DNA of 64,000 bases from Lama glama (Eukaryota): assembly GCA_028534125.1 (NCBI GenBank), contig CM052820.1, positions 372,001-436,000 of the forward strand, in the 5' to 3' direction. The notes beneath the pieces are model-generated. The model did not search any database. It had not been told where the DNA came from and was given only the letters and a program-made list of their open reading frames with translations. The position numbers and the translations under genes were made by a program. Positions 12,053-23,157 of the stretch are shown piece by piece (the first letter of the stretch is position 1; every line of letters begins with the position of its first letter).

Positions 12053-13444
12053 CTAAAATAGTATTTCACACAAAAAAAGAACACACACCTTATTAGTTGC
12101 CTGTAAGATACTGTGCCAAACATAGATCCAGAGTCATTTCTATCAGAAAATTGATGGTATTAACTTAAAAGCATTTATAAAAAGAAGAAAAACCCATTCA
12201 GTATCATTTCATGCCTATATGCTGACCTAAAATAACATTCCTGTTAAGCAATGAAGCAACACAGAAGATGAATCTTCAATTCACTTACGTCAAATTCTGA
12301 CTTGAGAAACTGTTTATAGAGCTAAAGAAAATTCAGTCAACTTTACAAAGCAAAGCCACAGCTGACAGTGGTTCCAGCCAACAAATTTAGCTAAAGAATA
12401 GCTTCTAAAAATAGACTTCAGGTATCAGAAGTGGTGCATTGGGGAAAATAGCCGGAAAAAGCCCCGTCTCCAGCTGAATTCCCAGCTCCAAGGAACCGAG
12501 CCCCACGAAGGTGAGGCAGGCAACCGAGGGGCGGGATGCTGAGCATCCAGCTTCAAAGACCAGGAGAAGGGAGACGGAGAGACCAGGAGAAGGGAGACGG
12601 AGAGTGGGAACAGGGCCACAGCTGGCGGTCAGCGCTCTCTGAGACAGACGCCTGCCGCCTGACAGGAGTCACAGCGGGGGCACCAAGCCGATGCAGGGAA
12701 GCCATGGAGCCGGGCAGCGCTGAGCTCAACATGGGAGGGAATTGAAAAAGACACAGCAGATTCATCAGATGTGAAGACAAGGTATAAAACAGCATTTCCT
12801 TTAGGATTTCCTTTTGTAAACGTATATTCACAAGCACACACACAGGTGTAAAAAGAATGTTCACAGAGTGTTACTAGCGGTTATTTCTCAATAACAAAAT
12901 TGTGGTTAATTTTTATTTTCTTTTTTGCTTATCAAAGTTCCACACAAAAACTACGATGACTCTGCATCATAGTAACACTCAAAGATTTTAAAATAAAAGG
13001 CAAAGGGAAATAATTATCTTGCAATTTTAACCACAAATTCTGCCTATCTCAGCATGTCTTGTAGAACGAATTCCTTTCAGGGCTCTAGGCTAATCTGCAA
13101 GAGCTGACACAGGCCAATGTGTCACGTCTGAGAGCTCCATTTGCTTCATCTCGATCAACCGTTAGAATTTTTAAACTATTATTTGATCGATCTGTTGGGA
13201 ATGAGCCAAGGAGGCTAAACAGATTATCATTAATGTTTTCAGAAACAAGAAATTAGAAATCTGAAAAAAGAAAGCTCACAGCTTTTAGAACGACAATTAA
13301 ATTAGAACTCTTTTGTCTTAATGAATCAAACATATCAGTTGTATTAAAAATAATCAATCATATAACTCTGGACTATAAACAGTCTGAAAACACAAAGCAG
13401 TTTCTCCTTATGGTGCAGACACATGACAAAGTGTGATCTCTTAC

Positions 13445-13453
13445 CTTCGACAT
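13445..13453 (-). CDS. SEPTIN2: SEPT2 start codon in exon 2 (MSK); whole exon 13445-13478 is 34 bp including 25 nt of 5'UTR
   Basis: ttttaaacag|ACTGACGACACTTCATTCACTAAAG-ATG TCG AAG|gtaaga; phase-0 join to QQPTQ. Confidence 0.93.
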
Positions 13454-14549
13454 CTTTAGTGAATGAAGTGTCGTCAGTCTGTTTAAAAGAAAACACACGT
13501 ATGTATCGATATGTGTACACACATGAATCAACAAGTAAAAAGACTCACATGTGAGGCATCATTAGCTTGTTTCACTCAGCTTCTCATTACATCAAATACT
13601 GCCCCAGAAATGATGAAATGATCACCTCTTATTATGAAGATAAATTAGACATAAAAATTAAGCTACTGAAATCAACCCCCTCCACACACACATTCATTCC
13701 ATACCCTCAGCAGTACCTTTTCTAGTACTGATTATATGTCAGGCACTAGATACACAATAGGAGAACAACATAAATTTCCACAACCACCGGAATTTCTCAT
13801 TTCCTTTTTCTCTGGAAACCCTCAGCTTTTCAGGAAGGGCGTCTGTGAGGCAGCCTGCCACCTGCTGGAGAACCCCAGCGCCAGGGACTGGATTTGGATG
13901 CTGGGCACACAGAGCCAGCCCTGTGAACCACGTCCAGGGGGAAAGGACAAAGTCAAGGCGGGTGCCTCTGTGACTCCTCCTGGTGCTGAGGAACTTCTCA
14001 GAAAGCTGCTTTCACCTTCTTGCTTCCCCATTTCCCTGAGGCTGTAACATTCCTGAAGACTGCACACCCCAGGTTTCCTTTTTGAATGGAAATGTCCAAC
14101 CAAGGTTAAGATGAGATAGCACGGCACAGAAGGTAAGGGTTATGGTCCTGGCTCCCCTTCCAGGGCCCTTTACTCTCATCTGTCCGGCAGAAGAGGGGAA
14201 GAGGAAGAGGACCCTGTGAACGGCTTCTTGCTACAACGCTCATTACTTAGGGCGAGCAGAAAGTGCAGAGGAAGGACTACTGCTGACGGAGGAGACAGGT
14301 AAGCTCCATCTTGAGCGTCCAAAACGCTTAGGACAAGGAAGCAGAATTAAGGCAAGCTCACAGGAAAGTAGGGATGCCAGGCAAGAGAAGCAAGATGAAC
14401 TGGGAGAACCAGAAAGGTAGGAAAAGAACAGCATAGATCTCGGAAGACCGTGGGAGCAGAGCTCCGGGGGTGAGGACCTCAGGGTTAAGGTGACGGGGTT
14501 CCTTGTGTCTGTGCCCTCATTTTCCTGCCTCCAAGAAGAGCTTAACAGG

Positions 14550-16850
14550 CAAGGTGCAGAAGGAGAAAGACAATCATTTGAACCAAGAAAGTAACATCAC
14601 CATGATGAAGATGCAAGTGCATTATTTAAAACAAAGAAAACTATCTGGATCTAAAAACGATGATTTTCAATCTCAGACTTTGGTAGTTGAATTGAATGAA
14701 AAGTCAGTTGAGACTTGAAATGTGACTTGGAAAACCAGATATAAGAAATCTCAGTGCACAAGAACAACAGGGAAGGAAACCATGGGTATAAGATGGCCTC
14801 GAGAGACATCTGGAGGAAATCTGCCTTGTTAACAGAAAGTGAAGGTAAAAGGGACAGATGGCGAAAAAAGAGAGTAGTAGTAACAGAGGAAAACTTTCCT
14901 GAGAAGAGCAAAGACCAGTCTATCTGGGATTGTGCATTAAGGTGCATTTCACAGGAGTGAATTAAGGTCTCGTGAAGAGTAGGGACATCCTAGGATAATA
15001 TTATTTATAGTCCAGAATTTAAAATACTAAACGTCCTCAGCAAAACCTAAGATTTCTGGGCAAGAGTGAAAGCAGAGAAGTAAAATTTTCAAAAGGGAGA
15101 AGGGAGCAGACACTTGGAATACAGATGGTTGTGGCAGAAGCAGCAGCTAACACCTTGTTTTCAAACAATAAAGAGGTAAGTATCTGACTATGGAAGAAAA
15201 GGAAATGTAGCCATTAGAAACTTTACTTACAAATTAGGAGAAAAATATGGAACAGCAACTTTATCAAACCAGCAAAAAATATGGAAAAGAAACGAGAAAA
15301 ATTCAAGAATACCGGTTATCAGTGTAAATGGGAAAGAAACAAATTCTCTCATAAGAAGAGATGGCGGGGTGCAGCAGGGATGCGCCAGAAAACCAGCTAT
15401 ATGTTATGTGGAAGAAATGTGCTTAAAACAAAGTTGCCCCCAAAATGTTGAAAACAAAGGGACAGGCTAAGAGATACCAAGCTAGTGCAAACAGAGACTC
15501 AGAGACATTGTTACTACCAACCAAGGTAGGATTTAAGGAAATGTGGTCATGATAAAAGGAACAATTACAAAGATAATACATTTATAAACCTGCATCCATG
15601 AATACTTACAGCAGATAAATACACAGAACGAAGACTAGGAAAAATACAAGGTGAACTTGAAAAAAGTACAATTTGTGTGGGAGGCTTTAATAGCTTCTCT
15701 CAGAACTGGACAGATTCAGCGGACAGTACCAGCGAGGGCAGAGGAGGACTGAGCACCCACCGCCACCACCAGAGAATCTGAATTAACACATATGGAAAAT
15801 CTTGCGTCAGTAGAATATAGAAAAGCAGTTAAAGATTAAAAATTTTCATTATCATGTAACTGCTGTAAAGAACTACCCAAATTTTAACATACTTTTTAGT
15901 CAGTGTTCTCAAATCATGATCTGTTAAAACTAAAGGGGAAAAAAGATAAAAAATAACCTAAGTTATTTACAACATTCCAGGATAACTCTTGGATCAAGGA
16001 GCAAAACCACAAGCTGCCCAGAAAGCTCTGGGAAAGGACACAGTACAAGCCACACAGACTCAGATGAAAATGTAGCTTTTACATATTTTCACTATTGAGG
16101 CACACTGAACATAAAAGAAACAGAAAGTAACTCAATAAAGGGTACATAAATCCAAAAGCTGAACCTTTGAAACAAATTCCTCACAAGTTCCACTAAGAAA
16201 AAAAGAGCAAATACAGAAAAGAAGATATAATCACAGACACAGGCAACCACATTTATCAAGATGGCCACAAACTTGAAAATCTGGGAGACATGGATGATTT
16301 CCTGGACACTGTAAATTACCACAGTGAAATCCAGAACTGAAAATCTGCCTACAGCACGGAACAGCTGAATAAAGAGTTACGAATGAAAAAGGGAGCAAGA
16401 CGGGACAGAATTAGAGTCGAAATAGGTACCCAGAATAGGTAACACCAAAGTCACTTAAGCTACTACAGAAAAAGGGAAAGCACTCCAATTTATTTTATGA
16501 AGACAGCACAATTCACCTACAAACCCACATGGAGAAGCAAGCAAGTTGGCTGGCTGTAAGTCAACCTCACTTGTGAATTACAAACGCAAAAATTCTCAAT
16601 GAAATACTTGCTCGCAGTTAAATACCAGGAATATACCCAAAGCATCTATCAATACAAGCTGCTAACTCAAGTTAAAGGAGAAAACTATACACGAATAGAT
16701 GCTGAAGATGTACATGATAAAATTCAGCAACCAACTCTAATAAATTAAACACTAAATAAGAAAACTGCTTTATAATATAGGCTATTTCCTAAAACCAATG
16801 GCAAATGCTATTCTCTAAACAACCGAATGCTAAGTTGTTTGAATTACAAT
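14550..16850 (+). mobile_element. Old degraded LINE-1 (ORF1/ORF2 remnants)
   Basis: A-rich plus strand with decayed endonuclease/RT-region motifs (atcagtgtaaatgg; gtgggaggctttaat...ctctcagaactggacagat; gatgctgaag...gataaaattcagca). No intact ORF. Confidence 0.7.
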
Positions 16851-16869
16851 CATTAAATTGGCAGGGATG

Positions 16870-17200
16870 CCCATTACGACAATGAAAAATTCTAAACGTG
16901 TACAAAAGCAGAACAAAACCCCCACGCACCACCTATCATCCAGGTTCAACAATAACCAACTCAGCACCAACACTGCTTCAAAAATACCCTCAGCCACTGC
17001 CGCCAGTCCCTGATGATGAATACCAGAAAACATTTCTAAAGATAAGGACTAAAAGTGATAAACCATTATCGTAAGGAACACTGACAACAGTCCTCTAATA
17101 TATCAAAACATTCAGTGTTCATATTTCTCTCTTTCGTTGTTCTCATTCATTCGAATCAGGCTCCAAATAAGATCCTGACATTGCAGTGAGTCTCAGGACA
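16870..17200 (-). mobile_element. L1MC/L1ME-type 3'-end fragment
   Basis: caggttcaacaataac...aaagataaggact...cagtgttcatatttctc...gaatcaggctccaaataag resembles old L1 3'UTR. Confidence 0.5.
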
Positions 17201-19943
17201 GAAACAAAGAGCAGCTCCTGTCTTACCAGATATGCATCTGATTTCAACCCACCCAGCAGGGCACAGGACTAGCACCGAGGTCTCTCTGGTGCGACCGCTC
17301 CTCACCGAGCCCTGGGCCGACTGTGCTCCATCCAACATCACCTGAGCACCCTGACAGTCCTGTACCTTGCGCCCCTACCCTGTTCAGTTGGGACTGGGGG
17401 TGTCCATAGGGGAGAAGGGCACATTCACTCCTCCCTGTAACTTTCATCCCACTTGAGATCTAACGTGATGCACACATATGGGAAAATGGAGAATCCTATT
17501 ATTGTAACAGGATATAAATTCTTAAAAGACACTCACTTCAACTTTGGTTTAACTTTACCAAGTTTCTCTTGCCACATCCTATTTCTTTCATACTTAGGTT
17601 TTTTCCCCCAAAATATAATTAGGATCCACTATGGTTTTCCAACAGTTTAAGTTATTAACTGATTAATAAGTTATTAACAAATTAAAGAGTGAAAGTTGAA
17701 AAAGGAACGTTGCACTTCAGAAAGGCCTTGTTTTCAGTGAGAAAGCCATGATCCAGCAACATAACATGCCAAGCACTGTGATTAATTTAAATCTTGGATA
17801 CAGATCGGATTCCCAAACCTCAGAAATTTGGGCAAATGAAAAATACACACTTTCAGGTTGTCTTCATTCTAGGTATTAGAAACTGTTTAAAAGTGTTTTC
17901 TCCTTCTCTCACGGCCTCCTCCTTCCACAGAGCAATACTACCCTCAACCCACACAGAAGAAATCAACTTCTCCAAAACAAAAGATGAAGATAGATAAAAC
18001 TGGATCCTTAGTAATATAAACTTACTTCACTAATGGCATGTAAGTATGTTAGTGGTCCTCATAACCCCCATTCATTTACATGTTATTCTTGTATTTACAC
18101 ACACAAAACAACTCTGCAGTGTAGGACCCAGAGGGGCACTTGGAGGGCCCTTGGAGCACCCGGCACTCAGAGTACCTGGATGTGAGGAACAGGTACAGCA
18201 CACCACAGACGCCCTCAACGTTACTGGCGGCAGCATCTGAGATCCAGTGAGTTTTCTGCAGTGACAATGTCACCATCAGCACAAAGAGTGATACATAAGG
18301 ATATATAATTGGCTTCACCCCAATCCTGCTGCCTAATGAGTTTTGGTGACCCCTTCTCTCTGGGGAAAAAACAAAAAGAACTCTTCCTTTTCCCACAGTT
18401 TGTCTTTAGAGGTGGGCATATAAAGGGACCTGAATCACATTTAAGAAGATGACAGAGGGAGGTTCCCACCCACCCCGTCGCCATTTCTCTGGGCCGCCCT
18501 GCTAGTTCAAGAGCAGTCAGGGCACAAATCTGACCCGACTGAAAAGCCCTTGCCTCTACCCTGAGCTGCAGCCCTCAGAGACCAGGATGGAAAACGGAAG
18601 AAAACCTTATAGCCAAGGAGTCACTGCCGTGGTTCACTGTGAGTGAGGACACTGGCTGGGAGCTACCAGAAACAAAAACCACGAACATCAACTACAAACC
18701 CCAGAAGAGCAGCCTGCATGACCCCTGGGCCATCACACACCTCTCTCTACCGCAGCAAGGCTGCTCTGCAGGATTAAATTGACCCTGATTTCCGTCCTTT
18801 AAGAAATACTTGAACACCTACTGCGTGTTGGTAGCCAGCCAGGCAATAAGAGTAAGCAATTCACAAGTGCCCCACCCCAGCACTAATCAGGTCTAGAGGA
18901 CAACTACCACACAGAACAACAGAGGCTCACATCAGGCTGACAGCTAATTCGGGGGGAAGAAATCTAACCCGGGCAGAGTCCTGAACAAAAGAGCCAGTAC
19001 TCGGCAAGCGAAAGGTGGAGAGAAAACTGGGTTCCACACAGAAGGCAGGCTTTGGACCAAAGCCAAAGGTGAGAGACCACAGCGGTCTTAACTGAAAATT
19101 CAGCGTGGTTGGGTCATGTGTCCACGTGCGGAGGAAAGGCAGACAAATGGGGGGGTGGTACTGACAAAAACTGAGGCCGGAAAAGTAGAGGTCTTGGGGG
19201 TTCCGGGAGCCTCTTGAGAGCAATGGTAGCCACACGTCGGCCCCATCACGGGCCGCGGTGGGAGTGGGGCCCCTCCCCAGCTCCGTTCTCCGGATTCGGC
19301 CCTGCACAGGCCGGGGCCTCCTCTGCTGTCCCGTTTTATCTGCCGTCAGGGAGGGCTGCAGAGGAACCAAGCAGCAAGCACTTCCCGAGGGTAATAACTC
19401 TCGGCCGGGAGCTGGCGGGGCGGAATGGCCCACGTCAGGGCGACAAGGGATGGTCGCACCCGAAAACGCGCCATTTATACAGCCTTATATAGACCTACAC
19501 TTTCCTCCTCGACCACGATCACCACCGCGTTCGGCGCCCCAGGCCCATTACTGACACCGCTCCACGCAGCCCCAACGGGCGAGCAAGGAGTCACTCGGGC
19601 TCTCCCAGGACACGCCCCGCCGCCTCCGCCCGAGCTCGCGGGCGCGGGGCGGGGGAGGGGAGGCGGAAGGGAAGCCTGCGGACCCCGGCCCGGAGGGCCG
19701 AGGTGGGCGGAGGAGAGCCGGGGAGAGCTCCGGAGGGGGCGGGGGCGGGGCGGGGGGCGGGGTGGCGGGGGAGGGGAGGGCCAGGGATCCCGGACCGACC
19801 GCCCCTCCCCCACACCGTGAGAGCGGCCTGGCCCGCGTGCCCCCCGGAGCGGACGGACCGCCGCCTCAAGCGGGCCCTCGCCCCTCTGCGTCGGCCCACA
19901 GCTCGCGCCCCCGAGGTGGCGGGGACCACGGCGAGACACTCAC

Positions 19944-20060
19944 CGCCGAACAGCCGAAGAACCAGCGCCGACCGACCCACCGACTGACCGCGCCGCGGAC
20001 CCGCCCAGCGCCCGCCGTCCACTCGCGCCCCGCCCCGCTCCGCTCCGCGCGCAGGCGGAT
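19944..20060 (-). other. SEPTIN2: SEPT2 non-coding exon 1 (5' end approximate)
   Basis: Consensus donor TTCGGCG|gtgagt inside the CpG island, oriented toward exon 2. Confidence 0.75.
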
Positions 20061-20249
20061 GGCGTCATCACGTCGCCCCGCCCCCTTGCCAACGCTTTCC
20101 TTGCCCCAACGTGATCTGGCCTCCCTCCCCCATGCACCGGCTTCCGAGTGCGCTGGCGCAGGCTCGTCCGCGGTTTCCGCCTCTGCGCAGGCGCCATGCC
20201 CCGCCCACGGCGGTCGGCCATATAGAGGCTGGGGGGTGGGGGAGGTCAA

Positions 20250-20351
20250 GCGTAGCCTCGTCTCCTTTACCAAGATGGCGGCTCGCCCCTGTTTCGCCAC
20301 AGTTCCTACCTTATGAGCTTGGTTCCCTTACGCTGGTTAAGAGTGGAACAG
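20250..20351 (+). other. HDLBP: HDLBP distal first exon (1a), 5'UTR (5' end approximate)
   Basis: Pyrimidine-rich start ctcgtctcctttaccaag; donor GGAACAG|gtaatg; resembles the recalled human HDLBP exon-1a leader. Confidence 0.85.
20275..20316 (+). CDS. uORF1 in HDLBP exon 1a: MAARPCFATVPTL* (13 aa)
   Basis: AAG ATG G strong Kozak context, 13 codons then TGA. A 13-residue leader peptide has been reported for human vigilin exon 1a (recalled). Confidence 0.75.
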   Translation: MAARPCFATVPTL

Positions 20352-22059
20352 GTAATGAGTCTTTGCCTTGTGGGTAACTAGAATGAGGGGAAGAGCATTT
20401 CTTTAGATGGAGCTGTATGACCGGTGAGGAGAAGAGACGCGGATCGGGGGGAGGGCAGGTGACGCTGAGAGTTCGGAGCGACCGTGGGGAGGGGACCCTT
20501 CTCTTCTGGTCCGCTCCTCCAGGAAGATGGCGGCAGCACCGAGCCGGGAGCGCCGGAGCAGGGCCGGCGAGGGACCGGCGAGCCGCCCGGTTGGGCCGCT
20601 CTAGCCGTGGGTCGCCGTCGTCTCGGTGGTCAGGGCCTCGCCTGGATTGGCTGCGGCGGGTCCCGTGGTCGGCGGGCCAGTGCGCGACCATAGAGTTGGG
20701 CGCCTGTCCCCGGGGACGTGGCCTTCGTGCGCCCGGGGCTGGGGCCTGCGCCCGCGGGGGAGGGCGGGTGCCGCGGCCCCTCGCTTCCGCTAGGTGAGAC
20801 CTGGGGCGCCCCAGCCCCTGCGGCGGCGCGGCTCGGGGCGGGAGCGCGACATGCCCGACCCGGCCGGGGTGTCCTTCCTGCCCGGCGCGGCCTGCAGGCT
20901 GGCGGATGTCCGGTACTCGCTGCGAGGCCGGCGCGGGTGCCCTCGTGCAGGAAGCCTTCCTAGGTCACCCCGACTGAAGCAGACACGTTCCCTGGGTCTC
21001 TGGTGGGCGACAGCGCAGGGGGGACCGGAGACTGTCCCCGAGCGCAGGGGACACGAGGGCGTTGTAGAAAGTGGCGAAGTCGTCCGGCCTGGCCGCCATG
21101 TGCCCCCGACCCCGAAGTGCTGTGTGGGCAGTGCTCCTGGTCAGGTGAAGATCTGCAGGGAGGAAGAGGGACGAGGGGAAGTCTTCAGGAGCAGGAGGGC
21201 TTACCCTTCCGTCTTGGGTTTGGGTATCCTCGGCTTCATAGCTGCCTTAAGCCCTCGGGCGCTGAGCTCGCGTGTGCTCGGTGTCCGCCTCAGGGCCGGC
21301 AGTCACGTCTTGGCAGGTAACTTTCTTAAGGCCCTGTTCAGATAGGGGACGTCACAATTAGGGTTTCGTCTGATGTACCACAAAATAGGCTTAGTGTTCG
21401 TTTATGGAAGCAAACCTGGGACAATGAAGTCCCGGATGAAACCTCGCGCTTAGGTTTATATTTTGATCATCTTAAACACTCTAAACACCCCCAAGCAGAG
21501 CTCATTAAGCACGTTTAATATTAGGGTGCTTGGAAGCAGTGTTTTGAAGTAGTTGAGCCGGTGTTTGGTTCGGAATGGCTTCCATCATTTTAGCTTCCCG
21601 TTCTCGATCTGAGGCACCAACCATCAACCTGCCGTGAGAGCCTTAGGCTTGGCGAAGGCCGCTCTTGCCCCCTCAAGTCTTGAGAGACAAAACTTGAAAG
21701 CGATTGAAATCAGTGGAGGTTAAACATTCTTGTACCTGCCATGGGTCCTGTTAGGTGCCAGGCACCCTGTGGGACCTACGTCCTCTTCTCTGACGTGGTT
21801 GATGTCACCTGAGTAAATGTGCATTGACTGTAAGGACCGCAGCCTCAGATGCAGTTGGTCCACATTCCTGGGCCCCTTGAGGCCCAACTGGACCGTCACC
21901 GTGCCCTCTCCAGGAGGTCCAGCTGACTTCTCAGCATCCTGGAGGGAGAACTTGAATCATCAAGTGTTTTTTCCTTTGGTTTTGTTGTTTGGGGCCTCTG
22001 GTGGTCTGACTTTGGCCTCATGATTTGACTTCTTCAACAGTAAAAAAAAAAAATTGTTT

Positions 22060-22390
22060 TGAAAAATTTATTGGAAATTGCTATATGGCAAACACTGTTA
22101 AGGGGTCTGGGGTTGCAAAGGTGAAGAGAACATAGACTTTTTTTCCTCCAACAGTTTATGGCCTAGTGTGGGAGATTCACTTGTACAGGAAGAGATTACA
22201 GTGTTCTAAGTGCACTAATGGAAAGATGTACAAGGTGTGAAGATAGGAAAAGGGGAAGTGATTACCTGGTGGAAAGTCTTCAGAGAATGTGGTTCTTGGA
22301 CTGGGGTTTAGAAAATGAGTAAGAGTTTTTCCAGGTGGAGTAGGTAGGATGGGGTGTTCTAGACAGGAAGACCAGCTTATGCACGGGGGG
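22060..22390 (-). mobile_element. L2 LINE 3' fragment
   Basis: atttattg...ctatatggcaaacactgt...cagtttatggcctagtgtgggaga...gtaagagtttttccaggtgg...ttctagacagg, typical of a decayed L2 end. Confidence 0.55.
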
Positions 22391-22682
22391 CGGGGGATAC
22401 ACAGGACAACTAGAGCTGGTGGACTATATGGGTGAGTGGTGGAGAATATGGTTCACTGCTGACCGTCTCAAACAGTGGAGGGCTTGGCTAAGATCCTGTT
22501 GTGAAGGACTGCATCCCCTCAATCAGTCCTGTCTAAGACACTCTGACTTGGACCGGGTTTCAAATGATTACACTGTCCACCAAGATAACTGAGATCTTTA
22601 GTCACAAGTGGGTCAGGTAGGTTCGCCATTAGTGCTTCCCAGCTGAAACTTGTTTACCTAGAGGGTTTGAACAGAGAACACC

Positions 22683-23157
22683 TTTTTTTTTTTTAACATT
22701 TTTTATTGATTTATAATCATTTTACAATGTTGTGTCAAATTCCAGTGNNNNNNNNNNNNNNNNNNNNNNNNNNNNNNNNNNNNNNNNNNNNNNNNNNNNN
22801 NNNNNNNNNNNNNNNNNNNNNNNNNNNNNNNNNNNNNNNNNNNNNNNAGTGAGTCTTTAGATTCCACATATGAGCGATCTCATATGGTATTTTTCTTTCT
22901 CTTTCTGGCTTACTTCACTTAGAATGNNNNNNNNNNNNNNNNNNNNNNNNNNNNNNNNNNNNNNNNNNNNNNNNNNNNNNNNNNNNNNNNNNNNNNNNNN
23001 NNNNNNNNNNNNNNNNNNNNNNNNNNNNNNNNNNNNNNNNNNNNNNNNNNNNNNNNNNNNNNNNNNNNNNNNNNNNNNNNNNNNNNNNNNNNNNNNNNNN
23101 NNNNNNNNNNNNNNNTTCCTTCTGGGTACAAGCCCAGGAGTGGGATTCCTGGGTCAT
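22683..23157 (-). mobile_element. Young 5'-truncated LINE-1 (camelid-type) with poly(A) tail and target-site duplication, interrupted by two N gaps
   Basis: Poly-T then 3'UTR (ttttattgatttataatcattttacaatgttgtgtc; tagattccacatatgagcgat; ggcttacttcacttagaatg; cccaggagtgggattcctgggtcata). Flanks agagaacacctttt / agaggacacctttt. Confidence 0.85.

Larger units (their letters stand above)
445..20068 (-). other. SEPTIN2: SEPTIN2 gene span (partial; 3' exons beyond the left edge; TSS approximate)
   Basis: Seven visible coding exons with GT/AG boundaries translate to septin-2 ([52 protein letters not shown]...). Confidence 0.97.
19190..21330. promoter_or_regulatory. Bidirectional CpG-island promoter shared by SEPT2 and HDLBP (exon 1a)
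   Basis: Very high CpG/GC content; divergent first-exon donors at 19944 (-) and 20351 (+); NRF1-like TGCGCAGGCGC 20184-20194; YY1 AAGATGGCGGC at 20272-20282 and 20524-20534; several GC boxes. Confidence 0.92.

Noticed and set aside
17648-17678. Short direct repeat taagttattaac x2 (similarly gtgtttaaaa x2 near 49575)
   Set aside because: Ordinary slippage micro-duplications in AT-rich intron.
19214-21345. Cluster of long Gly/Arg/Pro/Ala-rich ORFs on both strands
   Set aside because: Expected stop-codon depletion in a CpG island; only the leader ORFs discussed have splice-based support.
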